A DNA stretch of 64,000 nt from Nitrospirota bacterium (lineage in GTDB: Bacteria > Nitrospirota > UBA9217), in assembly GCA_963840455.1 (NCBI GenBank), contig CAWIYV010000004.1, positions 128,001 through 192,000 of the forward strand. Reading direction: 5' to 3'. The notes under the pieces were generated by a model. That model was given only the letters and a program-made list of their open reading frames with translations, ran no database searches and was not told the origin of the DNA. This document shows, piece by piece, positions 1 through 9,820 of this stretch. The position numbers and the translations under genes were made by a program. Each line of letters begins with the position of its first letter. Position 1 is the first letter of the stretch.

Positions 1-136
1 TAGAAGCGGATTCGGCAAAAAGTTCGCGTTTCATATCCTCGATTGCACGTTGTTGCTTCGAGGCACAGCCCGAAACGACGGTGTGCGCTAGAATAAGAGC
101 GCAAAAGAGCAGAACTATATTATATCTGAGGTTCAT
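1..136 (-). CDS. Putative lipoprotein, N-terminal part (runs off the window)
   Basis: Manual translation MNLRYNIVLLFCALILAHTVVSGCASKQQ...; lipobox-like VSGC; AGGAG RBS upstream. Confidence 0.6.
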   Translation of the reverse strand, partial: MNLRYNIVLLFCALILAHTVVSGCASKQQRAIEDMKRELFAESAS

Positions 137-286
137 ATTGATCTCCTACCGTTAACGATGAATGAGACTTAAGATATATCGATGAGCGATAACTACACGG
201 GAGTCCCGGTAGCAAATCTGTACTGTTTATATGGCCGGTCGTGGGCCAGGCCCGTAATCCTGGATTGATTCTTCATAGTGTTTCTA

Positions 287-788
287 CTACCGCCTCCCTG
301 CCGTTTTCCTGCCTGCCTTCCGCTTTTTCCCCGCTTTTGTCTTCGCCGCCTTCTTCTTTGCTATCTTCTTCTTCGCCTTTTTCTTCGGTGCATGCCAGTT
401 CCGCGGGATGGGCTGCAGCATGCTGACGCGGTTGCCCTCGGGGTCCATGAACGAGACATAGCTTCCCACGCCGGGGATCTCCATGGGTTCACCGAGCACG
501 CTTCCCGCCGGCCTCCGCGACCTTTGCGATCGCCTTCCTGATATCGTCCACCGCGATGACGATGGACGGATACTGCGCAGGCCAATCGGGTCGTTTCGGG
601 TAGAACCCGCCGTTGATCGCGCCGGGCCTCTTCGGCCCCTTCTCCCCGGTCTCGACGGTGGTCGCGAGGACGTAGCTGCCCATCTCCTCGCCGAGCATCT
701 CTGTCTGCCAGCCGAAGGCGGACCGGTAGAACTTCGCCATGCGCTCGCGGTCCTCGAACGGCATCTCAAAGTGAACGACAGGATCCAT
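287..788 (-). pseudogene. VOC/glyoxalase family protein with Lys-rich C-terminal tail; one +1 frameshift near 500 (pseudogene or sequencing error)
   Basis: ORF 489..788 (MDPVVHFEMP...AEAGGK) continues in frame 287..769 (VLGEPMEIPGVGSYVSFMDPEGNRVSMLQ) if one base is removed from AAG-C-GTG. Confidence 0.8.
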
Positions 789-902
789 GGTGTGACCTCC
801 AGTTTTGTAAGTATGAATTAAGAAGTAAGAACGTAAGGAAAGAAGAAGTTACTTCTTTCTTCGCTTTTGCAAGTGAGACAGACATTTCCGCAACGGCAAC
901 GG

Positions 903-1325
903 CTACCGTCCCGCACCAATGAGCGCCAGGAACTCCTCCGGTGTCATGACCGGGAGCCGGTCAGTCCTGTAATCCGCCTTATTCCGGGTGATCAGGCAGT
1001 CGGCCTTGACGTGGAGCGCTGAATAATACTGCACCGCGTCCTCAAAGTCCTTGAAGGTCGAGACGAGTGAAAGGTCGATCACCTTTTCATCAACTGCAGC
1101 GACCCGAAAGACGATCCTCAGTTTTTCAAGAACCCGCATCGCCTTCTCCCGCTTCAATTCTCTCGACAAGAGATAGAACATCGTCGGGAAGCTCTGCGCT
1201 GAGAGATACCCCTGGAGCTTCTTTTCTTCGATCAGGGAGAACAGCCGGGCCGCAGGGCTGTAATGCGGATCCCGCTTCAGGAATATGTCGAGGATGACGT
1301 TGATATCGCAGAGAACACTTTTCAC
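903..1325 (-). CDS. PIN domain toxin (VapC-like)
   Basis: VLCDINVILD ... DFEDAVQY ... ITRNKADY PIN motifs; GTG start overlaps the antitoxin stop (GTGA). Confidence 0.85.
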   Translation of the reverse strand: MKSVLCDINVILDIFLKRDPHYSPAARLFSLIEEKKLQGYLSAQSFPTMFYLLSRELKREKAMRVLEKLRIVFRVAAVDEKVIDLSLVSTFKDFEDAVQYYSALHVKADCLITRNKADYRTDRLPVMTPEEFLALIGAGR

Positions 1326-1570
1326 CGATACTTCTCCGCGAGATGTTTCCGGTATCGCTCGCGCAGCTGCGCGGCATCCTGTTTGCCTGAAAGCACTCCA
1401 GCGACCTCGTACAGGACCGGTGATTCCCTCACCTCGTGCGTTCCCTGGTCTGCAACGGCCTTGAAATAGTCCTCTACCATACGAGACAGGCTGACACCCT
1501 TCGAGCTCGCAGTTTTTTTTGCCTTCCGAATGACGGTCTCTTTCAGCCGCAGGGTAAGTTTTGTGGTCAT
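1322..1570 (-). CDS. Ribbon-helix-helix antitoxin (DUF6364-like)
   Basis: MTTKLTLRLKETVIRKAKKTASSKGVSLSRMVEDYF, coupled directly upstream of the PIN gene. Confidence 0.8.
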   Translation of the reverse strand: MTTKLTLRLKETVIRKAKKTASSKGVSLSRMVEDYFKAVADQGTHEVRESPVLYEVAGVLSGKQDAAQLRERYRKHLAEKYR

Positions 1571-1589
1571 GAACATCCCTCCAAAATGA

Positions 1590-1627
1590 GACGTACATAT
1601 GATAATATTATGTACGTCACCTGTCAA
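1590..1627 (-). promoter_or_regulatory. Sigma-70 promoter of the TA operon overlapped by a 10-bp inverted repeat (likely antitoxin operator)
   Basis: Minus strand TTGACA-17 nt-TATCAT; GACGTACATA-N9-TATGTACGTC at 1590..1618. Confidence 0.7.
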
Positions 1628-1648
1628 GTGCTTTCGTTGCTGTAAATA

Positions 1649-1678
1649 AGAAGGCCGGAGATATCATCTCCGGCCTTC
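1649..1678 (-). terminator. Intrinsic terminator hairpin
   Basis: GAAGGCCGGAGAT-ATC-ATCTCCGGCCTTC followed by a T-rich tract on the minus strand. Confidence 0.65.
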
Positions 1679-1699
1679 GCTCATTCGCACTATAACGTA

Positions 1700-1809
1700 T
1701 CACTCTTCCTTCAATATCCTCCACAGGCTCGTCCGCGAGATGCCGAGCATCTCTGCTGCCTTGGAACGGTTCCCGCCGAAGAGGCCCGGCACCCGTTCCG
1801 CGTACTCCT
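1700..1809 (-). repeat. Diverged duplicate of the 3' end (Fis-type HTH) of the sigma-54 regulator at 2712..2821
   Basis: Translates [36 protein letters not shown] versus [36 protein letters not shown]. Confidence 0.9.
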
Positions 1810-1813
1810 CTCA

Positions 1814-2677
1814 TTACCCTACGATGCGCGTGTGGCCGTGGGCATGTACCACGCGGACCATCTCCACCCTGCGGTCACGTGAAGCACGCCGGATATTGTA
1901 GATCATGAAGGGCTGGAACAGGGACCAGGTCACGGGCGAACTGATCGCGTCCTTCGGACACTTCATTTCACAGGATAAGCAGAGGATGCAGTTGCGCTCC
2001 CAGGAGGGATGGCCGTTCTTGTCCCCGCTGATGTTCCGTGTCGGGCAAAGCTTCATGCAGAGACCGCAGGCATTGCACTTTGCATGGTCCACACCGAACA
2101 GCCTGCTGTACATCTGCCTGACAAAGAGGCGGTTCACGAGAAAACGTTCCAGGCGATAGACCGTGTGCGTCGGCCCGTCGTATTCCGCTTTTCGATATTC
2201 CTTGCCGCCAAGGCAGGCCGTGATCTCGCGTCCGTACACCTCGGCCCGCGCAATCTCGTCGGGCTTCGGATGGTCTGGAGAAAAAAGATATCCCCGTTTC
2301 AGATAGCCGAAAAAGTAATCGGCGCCAAAATACCGGCTGTAGCCAATTTCCTTGCCGCCTTTCCGTTCCAGGGCGCGCCGGACGATGTTGCCCGCGTCGC
2401 CGCAGTCCGTCCCGTACACGACGTAGACGAAGAACGGTTTCCCCAGGAGATCGGGAATGCTGTTGAGATGATCGGTTACGATGAAGGGAGGACGAAAATA
2501 ATATACCGGCGTGCCGAGCCCCAGGACGTCATACGTGCCGGGGTCGGGCGCCGGTCCGTCCTTCAGATTGTGGAGGTCAACGACGTGTTCTGCGGCTCGA
2601 AGACCCTTCGCGATCGATTCGGCTATGCGGCTTGTCGTCCCGCCCTGGGAATAGTATATGAGAAGGCATTTGGACAT
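1814..2677 (-). CDS. Flavodoxin-fold plus 4Fe-4S dicluster protein (EFR1-like ferredoxin)
   Basis: YYSQGGTT flavodoxin loop; CNACGLCMKLCP and CILCLSCEMKCP. Confidence 0.85.
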   Translation of the reverse strand: MSKCLLIYYSQGGTTSRIAESIAKGLRAAEHVVDLHNLKDGPAPDPGTYDVLGLGTPVYYFRPPFIVTDHLNSIPDLLGKPFFVYVVYGTDCGDAGNIVRRALERKGGKEIGYSRYFGADYFFGYLKRGYLFSPDHPKPDEIARAEVYGREITACLGGKEYRKAEYDGPTHTVYRLERFLVNRLFVRQMYSRLFGVDHAKCNACGLCMKLCPTRNISGDKNGHPSWERNCILCLSCEMKCPKDAISSPVTWSLFQPFMIYNIRRASRDRRVEMVRVVHAHGHTRIVG

Positions 2678-2711
2678 GATCGTAACCTCCTGTTCCCCCT
2701 GTGTCTAGCTC

Positions 2712-4043
2712 CTACTCTTCCTTCAATATCCTCCACAGGCTCGTCCGCGAGATGCCAAGCATCTCTGCGGCCTTGGAACGGTTCCCGCCGTACAGCTCAA
2801 GCACTTTTTCGGCATACTCCTTGTTCAGCTCATCCATGGTCCGGACCTTGGACGGATCGAGGGTCTCGATCTGGAACACCGACATGCTCTGCGGTAGGCT
2901 TTCCGGCGTAATGACGCTGCCTTTTTCCAGGATGATGGCGCGCTCGACGATGTTCTCGAGCTCCCGTACGTTCCCGGGATAGCTGTAGTTCCCGAGCACG
3001 GCCATGGCCTCTTTCGAAAAACTGGTGATCTTCTTGTTCGACCGGGGCAGGTGCTTCTTCAGGAAGTAGGCGGCCAGCGGTTCGACATCGTCGCGGCGCT
3101 CACGCAGCGGCGGGATGAAGATCTCCATCACGTTCAGGCGGTAATACAGGTCCTCGCGGAACTTTCCCGTGCTGATGAGGCCCCGCACGTCCTGGTTCGT
3201 TGCCGCGATGAACCGCACGTCCACGTGGATCGGCCGGGTCCCGCCGACGCGGTAGAACTCGCCCTCCTCGATCACCTTGAGCAGCTTGGCCTGCAGATTC
3301 GGCGCCATCTCGGCGATCTCGTCCAGGAACAGCGTGCCCGTATCGGCGATCTCCACGAGCCCCTGCTTGGTCTTGACCGCGCCCGTGAACGCGCCCCGTT
3401 CGTGTCCGAACAGCTCGCTCGCGAGCAGCTCCTCGGTCAAGGTGGCGCAGTTGATGGACAGGAACGGTTTGTCCTGCCGCCGGCTGGTGAAATGAACGAT
3501 CTTCGCGAGCAGGCTCTTGCCCACGCCGGTCTCGCCGGTGAAGAAGATGTTGCTCTCCGAGCCCTTGATGCTCTCGATGGTCTCGAGGATCTGCTTCATG
3601 GGGACGCTCTTGGCGATGATGGACACTTTCTTGTCCATGCCCAGATAGGTCTTGAGGGCGATGTTCTCGCGGATCAGCCCCTTCCGGTCACGGATCTTCC
3701 CGACCTTGAGCAGGAGCTCGTCGAGGTCAAAGGGCTTCGTCAGGTACTCAATGGCCCCCTTTTTCATCGCCTCGATGGCCGAGCCGATGCTGCCGTACCC
3801 GGTCACGATGATGACTTCCAGCTCGGGCGTCTTCTCCCTGACCCGCTCCAGGAGCTCGAGCCCGCTCATGCCCGGCATCTTGATGTCCGCGATGAGCAGG
3901 TCGAAGGAGTCCGACTCGGCCTTCCGCAGAGCATCGATGCCGTTCGTCGCGCTCTCGACGGCATACCCTTCTTTTTTGAGGGTATTGACGAGATGCTTGA
4001 CCGTGATCTCTTCGTCTTCCGCTATGAGTATCTTGAATGCCAT
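2712..4043 (-). CDS. Sigma-54-dependent response regulator (NtrC family) 1
   Basis: Receiver domain, GETGVGKS Walker A, GAFTGA motif, C-terminal HTH. Confidence 0.95.
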   Translation of the reverse strand: MAFKILIAEDEEITVKHLVNTLKKEGYAVESATNGIDALRKAESDSFDLLIADIKMPGMSGLELLERVREKTPELEVIIVTGYGSIGSAIEAMKKGAIEYLTKPFDLDELLLKVGKIRDRKGLIRENIALKTYLGMDKKVSIIAKSVPMKQILETIESIKGSESNIFFTGETGVGKSLLAKIVHFTSRRQDKPFLSINCATLTEELLASELFGHERGAFTGAVKTKQGLVEIADTGTLFLDEIAEMAPNLQAKLLKVIEEGEFYRVGGTRPIHVDVRFIAATNQDVRGLISTGKFREDLYYRLNVMEIFIPPLRERRDDVEPLAAYFLKKHLPRSNKKITSFSKEAMAVLGNYSYPGNVRELENIVERAIILEKGSVITPESLPQSMSVFQIETLDPSKVRTMDELNKEYAEKVLELYGGNRSKAAEMLGISRTSLWRILKEE

Positions 4044-4170
4044 GGCTTCACCTGTATGACGAAAGGATGCTGAACGTAAGAGGGAAGGAATATCGGCATC
4101 TTCGGCCGTTCTGCTTACCTTCTCACCATCTCCCGGTCACCGTATCCCCGCATCGATCTGTCTGCGTTTC

Positions 4171-5793
4171 TTAACTTCCCGGCCCGTCCCCGAGGGATTC
4201 AGTCGGGGATGTCCCCGTGTCCATGAATTGCTTTACCGGCAGCGTGATCGTGAACATTGTGCCCTTTCCTTCTTCGCTCGCCACCGTGATCTCGCCGTGA
4301 TGCTTCTTGATGATATTGAAGACGATCGCCAGCCCCAGCCCGGTCCCCTTGTCCTTGGTAGTGTAGAACGGTTCGAAGATCTTGTCCAGGGCGTCCTTCG
4401 GCATGCCTTTGCCCGTATCGGCCACAACGGCCACGACCGCGTCATCCGACGAACGGATAGAGACCTTGATCTCTCCCCGCCCGTCCATGGCGTCGGAGGC
4501 GTTCAGAAAGAGGTTGATGAAGACCTGTTCCAGCTGGTCCGGATCCGCCTGGAGCACTGCGCCACGGGTTGCCGGTTCCAGGAAAAAAGCTATCCGCTCC
4601 ATGCTGCCCCGCATGCGGACCTGGATGCCCCGGACCAGATCGTTCATATCCACATCGCGGAGCTGCGGCTCGCGGCCCCGGGCGAACTCGAGCAGGTCCC
4701 CCACGATCTTCTTGACCCGCACGGTCTGGCCCAGGATGTCTCCCATCACGTCCTTCATGGCAGGCGGGCAGTTGTCCCCTGCCTCGCGGGCAAGGACCTG
4801 GGTCGAGAGATAGATGTTGTTCAGCGGGTTGTTCAGCTCATGGGCCACGCCGGCAGCCAGGGTACCGATGGCCGCGAGCTTCTTGCTCTGGAGCAGCTCC
4901 TGGTTCTTCCGTTCGATCTCCGCTTCCCGGGCCGCCAGCTCGTCCTCCATGTGATCGAACTTCCGGATGAGGATCCCGACCTCGTCATTTCCCCACCTCT
5001 GCTCCGGCGCGGCCACGTGAGGGAAGGACCCCTTGCCGGTCCGGTCCACAACATCGATGAGGAGGCCGAGGCGGCCCACGATGTTCCGGGTGATGAAGAA
5101 GAGCATGGTGATGCCCGTGACCAGGAAGAGCGGGAACACGACCAGGATCGCGATCTGGGACATCCTGATCGCCGACTCGACCTTCTGCCGGGCTCGGTCG
5201 TCCAGATCCCGGGAAAGGTTGATGATGTCCTCGCCGGTTTTCCTGAGATCGTTGATATCGCTGTCAAGCTCCCGGAGGCCCATGATGAGCTCGTGCCGTG
5301 CAGGCAGATGGAAGACTGTCGATAAAAATTCGGAGGCCTGGCGGGGCCGTTCATAGAAGGCCGATTCGATGAGCGGGAAGAACTGGGCATACTGCCGGTG
5401 GCCGCGCTGAAAAATCAGCAGGGCGCGGGTCAGTTCTTCCAGTCGCGACTCGATGGCATCAAATCGGGTCCGGTAGCGGCTGACCAGCGCCTGCAGCGAC
5501 TGCTGGGACCCCCTCCGTTCGGAGGGGACCATGCCGGCCAGGTTCACATCGAGCTCGTCGAGGTAGCGATGGATGTTTGCGGACTCTTCGCGTGATTTTG
5601 AGGGGCTGTAGAGAAAAAAGTTCTTTTCGTGCCGGCGGAGCTGGAGGGACTTGGTGCGGACCGTGTCCGTCAGTTCCAGGAACCGGATCTCGCTCTTGAT
5701 CCTGACGACGTTGACATATTCGAACGTTGCAAGGACCGCGATGATCGCGGCGCTGAGGATGAAGCTGAGGGCTATTTTTTTCTTGAGGGACAT
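4171..5793 (-). CDS. Sensor histidine kinase 1 (2 TM, HAMP, HisKA, HATPase)
   Basis: AHELNNPL H-box; N, G1, F and G2 boxes; start taken at MSLKKKIAL. Confidence 0.92.
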   Translation of the reverse strand: MSLKKKIALSFILSAAIIAVLATFEYVNVVRIKSEIRFLELTDTVRTKSLQLRRHEKNFFLYSPSKSREESANIHRYLDELDVNLAGMVPSERRGSQQSLQALVSRYRTRFDAIESRLEELTRALLIFQRGHRQYAQFFPLIESAFYERPRQASEFLSTVFHLPARHELIMGLRELDSDINDLRKTGEDIINLSRDLDDRARQKVESAIRMSQIAILVVFPLFLVTGITMLFFITRNIVGRLGLLIDVVDRTGKGSFPHVAAPEQRWGNDEVGILIRKFDHMEDELAAREAEIERKNQELLQSKKLAAIGTLAAGVAHELNNPLNNIYLSTQVLAREAGDNCPPAMKDVMGDILGQTVRVKKIVGDLLEFARGREPQLRDVDMNDLVRGIQVRMRGSMERIAFFLEPATRGAVLQADPDQLEQVFINLFLNASDAMDGRGEIKVSIRSSDDAVVAVVADTGKGMPKDALDKIFEPFYTTKDKGTGLGLAIVFNIIKKHHGEITVASEEGKGTMFTITLPVKQFMDTGTSPTESLGDGPGS

Positions 5794-5899
5794 GGGGTCA
5801 CGTGGATGCACATGGTAGCATATCTCTGGCCGGTGTGCAATCCAAAGAATTAAGGAGTTTCCCTTCTTGCGTAAAATACTCAAAGGAGTCAGTTTTTCG

Positions 5900-6256
5900 G
5901 TATCCCCTTCGCGTCCTTACTGATTTCTTGACCGTCTACGGCCACGTCCGCTCGCCGCGCAAACTCGGCTCCGACCTCAGACTGCGCGTTCGCGTGCGGG
6001 ACGCTGCCTAGGCTAAGGGGTGAGAAGAGATCCAAAGGGCCGCTCCGGGGACATGCGGGGTTTAGGGAACTGCTGACCCAGCCGTCCCATGTGACAATCA
6101 GGCAGACAACCGAGGACGAGGATTAGACATTTTAGACTGTCTGAGCCGACGGCGAGCTTTCTAAAAAGACCAAGGACAGACCGATCTGCCGTATGGATTT
6201 TCGCCGGGTGCTCTTCTTTTGGTCACCTTTCTTCGGGCAAGCAAGAAAGGTGACAA
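5900..6256. repeat. Cluster of long imperfect palindromes (REP/MITE-like)
   Basis: 5932..6013 folds on itself; AAACTCGG..CTCAGAC is inverted relative to GTCTGAG..CGAGCTTT; hairpin GTCACCTTTCTT..AAGAAAGGTGAC near 6222..6254. Confidence 0.5.
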
Positions 6257-6313
6257 AGGAGCGTATGATTAAAGACCCGGATCTTCGCTGATGTTCAAGA
6301 TGCTTGGTTTTCT

Positions 6314-6479
6314 GGGCAGCTCAGTGCGACGCTGTGCTAATGCCTGTCCGTTGTTGTTGTTATCGTCATCATTGGCTGCTGGGCAGCGCTTCCCCTGCGG
6401 ACGCGCTGCTTTGGGTCCGTTCGCATCCCCAGCCCGTGCGGAGAATGCAATACGCACAGTCGTCGCGACCGAGCCGCCC
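6314..6479 (-). ncRNA. Candidate structured RNA or palindromic element, copy 1 of 3
   Basis: Homologous (inverted) to 37314..37484 and 37728..37899; ends pair into a long stem; strand inferred from G-U pairs. Confidence 0.5.
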
Positions 6480-6531
6480 GGCGCAGGGGTACGTCAAAAT
6501 GCAGTTAGCCATGCACTGCATATGACCAAAC

Positions 6532-6561
6532 AAAAAACCGAAGGATTGCTCCTTCGGTTTG
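6532..6561 (-). terminator. Intrinsic terminator after the USP gene
   Basis: AACCGAAGGA-TTGC-TCCTTCGGTT with a T-tract on the minus strand. Confidence 0.8.
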
Positions 6562-6578
6562 TTCGCTGTTCTCTCTCG

Positions 6579-7436
6579 CTATGACTTTGCGACCAGCACC
6601 GGGCAGGGCGCATGGCCGATGACCTTTTCGGTGACGCTGCCCATGAGCAGCCTGCGGAGCCCCGTCCTGCCGTGGGAACCCACGACGATCATGTTCACGC
6701 CCTCGTCCTTCGCCAGCTTCACGATGGCCTCGAAGGCTTCGGACTCGCCGACATAGGTCTCCGCTTTGACGCCCGCGGCCTCGGCCTGTTTCCTCACCGC
6801 GGCGGTATATTCCTTGGCCTTCCTGACCATGTCGTCCACGGCCTGCGGCGCTTCGGCGTAGAACTCGGTCGGCACGTCCACGACGGACACCACCACGAGC
6901 GAGCCGCCGTAGGCCTTCGCAAAATCGATGGCCTTGTTGATCGCGATGGAGCTGAACTTCGACCCGTCGGTGGCGACCAGGATTTTATTCCACCCCAGCA
7001 CCGAACCGGCGGGTACCACGAGCACATCGCACTGCGTATGGCCGATCACGCGGGCGGTGACGCTGCCTACGAGGGCGCGGTCGAACTTTTTGAGGCCCCG
7101 CCGGCCCATGACGATGACGCCGCAGTTTTCGGCGTCGGCCAGGTCGATGATGCGCTCGTAGGTCTCGCCCTCTTCGCACACGGTCTTGATCAGGACCCGT
7201 TCGGCCTGGGCAAGCTTCTCCGCTTCGCGGAGCGCCTCCTCGCAGGGCTTTGCCAGCGAGGCCCGCACATCTCCCTTGACGCCGGTGAGATCGAGATCTC
7301 CGGTAAAAGGCGGGATCACCGAGGTGACCGTGATCCAGCACTTTTCGTCAACAGCAAGCCGGAACGCCTGCAGAAGCGCGTTCCGGCTCGATTCAGAACC
7401 ATCGATTGCGACCAGGATCTTCCTATACTTCCCCAT
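6579..7436 (-). CDS. Tandem-domain universal stress protein
   Basis: Two USP domains: KILVAIDGS...IVMGRRG...GSVT and KILVATDGS...VVGSHG...GSVT. Confidence 0.92.
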   Translation of the reverse strand: MGKYRKILVAIDGSESSRNALLQAFRLAVDEKCWITVTSVIPPFTGDLDLTGVKGDVRASLAKPCEEALREAEKLAQAERVLIKTVCEEGETYERIIDLADAENCGVIVMGRRGLKKFDRALVGSVTARVIGHTQCDVLVVPAGSVLGWNKILVATDGSKFSSIAINKAIDFAKAYGGSLVVVSVVDVPTEFYAEAPQAVDDMVRKAKEYTAAVRKQAEAAGVKAETYVGESEAFEAIVKLAKDEGVNMIVVGSHGRTGLRRLLMGSVTEKVIGHAPCPVLVAKS

Positions 7437-8505
7437 GCTCCAGCGCCCCCGCGGCATGCTGCAGTTTTTCCGCCTGCTTGCCCTGCCACATCGCACGCAG
7501 GACGATGAAAGCGCCGAGCAGCAATGCGAAGATCATTATAGCAAAGCTGGAGGTCTTGAGCAACTTCACCGTGCTGTCGCCGAGCTTGTCGATAAGTCCA
7601 AGCTGGGACAGGTAGACAGGGACCATCAGACCGCGGCTGAAGAGCACGATCACCATGATCAAGCCCATGACGACCTTGATCATGAAGGGCTTCACGTAGG
7701 TCGTGCCGATGGCGCCGAGCTGGATCCCGAAGAGCGAGCCTGCCAGGATGATCATGGCGAGCCGGATGTCGACCATGCCGTGGAGCGCATACTTGAGCGA
7801 TCCGCCAAGGCCCATGACAAAGGCGATCACCAGCTCCGTGGCCGAGGCCATGAGGCTCGGCGCGCCGAGGACATAGATCATGGAAGGAACTCCGACGAAA
7901 CCGCCCACGGCGATCGTGGCAGCCATCATGCCGGTAGCAAAACCAAGGGGAATCGTGAACAGGATGGACACCCGCGCATTGATGCTCTTGAAGTAGACCA
8001 TGGTGCCGGGAATGTTGATGGACTGGATCCACTTCGCGAGCTTGCCGGCCTTTTCTTCCGTATTGGCATTGCCGGACCTATAGGTCTTCCAGGCATCATA
8101 GAGGACAAAGCCGCCGACCGTTGCAAGGATCACGACAAAGGCCACGCTGACATAGAGGTTGGAGCCTGCGTCGCCGAAGGTCGTCTTGATCTTTTCCTGA
8201 ATGCCGGCTCCGTACAGGACCCCCGCTTCGGCGGACACGCCGAGAACGATGCCGAGCTTCACGTCAACCTGGCCGTACTTGAAGCGCTTGAGGGCGCCCA
8301 CGAGCGCCTTGGGGAACTTGTGGCACATATTGCTCGCCACGGCCATGAGGCCCGGAACGCCGAGGCTCATCATGCCGGGCGTCAGCACAAAGGCGCCGCC
8401 GGAGCCTATGAAGCCGCTGACCAGGCCGCCCACGAACCCCACGCCGAAGAGGTAGAGGATCGTTATTGCATCGAGATTGATGAAACCAGCCGCGATGTCA
8501 TGCAT
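7423..8505 (-). CDS. TauE/SafE (TSUP) family transporter
   Basis: GLVSGFIGSGGAFVLTP motif, multiple TM helices. Confidence 0.88.
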   Translation of the reverse strand: MHDIAAGFINLDAITILYLFGVGFVGGLVSGFIGSGGAFVLTPGMMSLGVPGLMAVASNMCHKFPKALVGALKRFKYGQVDVKLGIVLGVSAEAGVLYGAGIQEKIKTTFGDAGSNLYVSVAFVVILATVGGFVLYDAWKTYRSGNANTEEKAGKLAKWIQSINIPGTMVYFKSINARVSILFTIPLGFATGMMAATIAVGGFVGVPSMIYVLGAPSLMASATELVIAFVMGLGGSLKYALHGMVDIRLAMIILAGSLFGIQLGAIGTTYVKPFMIKVVMGLIMVIVLFSRGLMVPVYLSQLGLIDKLGDSTVKLLKTSSFAIMIFALLLGAFIVLRAMWQGKQAEKLQHAAGALEHGEV

Positions 8506-8506
8506 G

Positions 8507-8758
8507 TTACTTTACCTCCCTTTTCTTCCGTGCGGCCTCGACGCCGAGGACGGTCCAGAAATCGCCGGTGAAGTTCCCGTGGACGAACGAAAATACGAAT
8601 GCCGTGATGATGGGCAGGAACGCGTACCAGCCGCCCTTGCCGAAGATGATATTCACCTCGTCCTGCCTGGCCAGCAGGAGCGCGTACAGGGCGATGGAGA
8701 TGAGCCCCATGACGAACATCTTGCCGACCGGTTTCTTCTTTGCGTTGCCTGTTGCCAT
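8507..8758 (-). CDS. Small 2-TM membrane protein accompanying TauE
   Basis: 83 aa, GGAGG RBS, tightly coupled to tauE, FSFVHGNFTGDFW motif. Confidence 0.8.
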   Translation of the reverse strand: MATGNAKKKPVGKMFVMGLISIALYALLLARQDEVNIIFGKGGWYAFLPIITAFVFSFVHGNFTGDFWTVLGVEAARKKREVK

Positions 8759-8836
8759 GATAATTCCTCCTTACCGTAATGTATTGAAGTGGTATTTGAG
8801 CTGTTCTGAATTAAGTTGTTTCTTGATCCTTGTCTT

Positions 8837-9337
8837 TCACACCCCCGCTGCATCGGATACGACCACGAGCGGGCACCTGAGGTTCTTCCATAATTCCGTA
8901 AGCACGCCGTCCTTCTTTTTGCAGTCCGCGTCGAGGCTCTTCGGCGATTCGACGACGACGAAGAGGACATCGTGCTTGCCGTTGGTATAATCGATGATCT
9001 CCTGTTTCATGCAGCCGGACCGTTCGATCACCTGGTAGGGGACACCGGCGGTCTTCAGTTCGGAGGTATAACCTTCCAGGAGCGTATCGGCCCGGCTCCC
9101 GGTCCCCGGCGCGGCGACCAGGAGGATATCGAGGCTGGCGTTGATCCGAAGCGAAGCGTTCAGTGCGTAGCGGAAGGTCTTGCTGTCCTGGTGCCCTTCC
9201 TTCAGCGCGAGCAGGACGCGGCGTTCGCGCTTGAAGAGCGAGACAGCCGCTTCAGCCTGCCCCTCTTCGGCGAAGGTGACCGCCGCCATCGCGTCCTCCA
9301 CCTGCTTCATCATCTTTTTGAACTTGTTCGTATCCAT
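8837..9337 (-). CDS. Hypothetical protein: N-terminal FAEEG motif plus degenerate USP-like domain
   Basis: AAVTFAEEGQAEAA, then RVLLAL...CPLVVV resembling a USP fold. Confidence 0.75.
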   Translation of the reverse strand: MDTNKFKKMMKQVEDAMAAVTFAEEGQAEAAVSLFKRERRVLLALKEGHQDSKTFRYALNASLRINASLDILLVAAPGTGSRADTLLEGYTSELKTAGVPYQVIERSGCMKQEIIDYTNGKHDVLFVVVESPKSLDADCKKKDGVLTELWKNLRCPLVVVSDAAGV

Positions 9338-9374
9338 TCCTGTCCCTTTCGGTTCCGTAGACCTGCTTCCGGTC

Positions 9375-9554
9375 CTAATCGACCCTCAGCGTCGGCCGGG
9401 CTGCGGTCCGCTTGGAATCGCGGAGCGACGGACGGTCTGACTTCCGGAGCTCGTTCTTCTCGTTCATGAGCTGACGGGCTGTCTCGAACTCACCCTCTTC
9501 GGCAAAGGCTGCTGCTGCGAACGTGGTTTCCAGTTTCTTGAATATGTTCTTCAT
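9375..9554 (-). CDS. Unlisted 59-aa protein with FAEEG motif
   Basis: MKNIFKKLETTFAAAAFAEEGEFETARQLMNEKNELRKSDRPSLRDSKRTAARPTLRVD; AAGGAGG RBS; first gene after the sigma-54 promoter. Confidence 0.75.
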   Translation of the reverse strand: MKNIFKKLETTFAAAAFAEEGEFETARQLMNEKNELRKSDRPSLRDSKRTAARPTLRVD

Positions 9555-9623
9555 GGCTATTTCCTCCTTACGATATAAAGATGAGAACCCTTCAGGTCTC
9601 TGTCCTGTTCTGCTATTATGTAT

Positions 9624-9640
9624 TACAATGAACGTGCCAA
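9624..9640 (-). promoter_or_regulatory. Putative sigma-54 (-24/-12) promoter for the TauE/USP operon
   Basis: TTGGCACGTTCATTGTA versus consensus TGGCAC-N5-TTGC(A/T). Confidence 0.65.
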
Positions 9641-9719
9641 AATGAAAATCAATAATAACTATTTGATATCATGGTATATTTTAAATATCACGGTCATGCA
9701 TCAAGTGTTCGCATCTATT

Positions 9720-9820
9720 TTAAATTGCAACAGTAAAATCAACTTCTGTATCAAGATATTGATATATAATGGTAATTTTAATTGTTGCAGTAAAAATGGA
9801 AACGTTGTAAAATGCAACCT
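9720..9820. promoter_or_regulatory. AT-rich upstream region with candidate enhancer-binding-protein sites
   Basis: Palindrome GTTGTAAAATGCAAC (9804..9818) and half sites TGCAACA / TGTTGCA. Confidence 0.45.

Noticed and set aside
140-240. attC site upstream of the first lipoprotein gene
   Set aside because: A GTTAAC core is present but there is no convincing complementary arm
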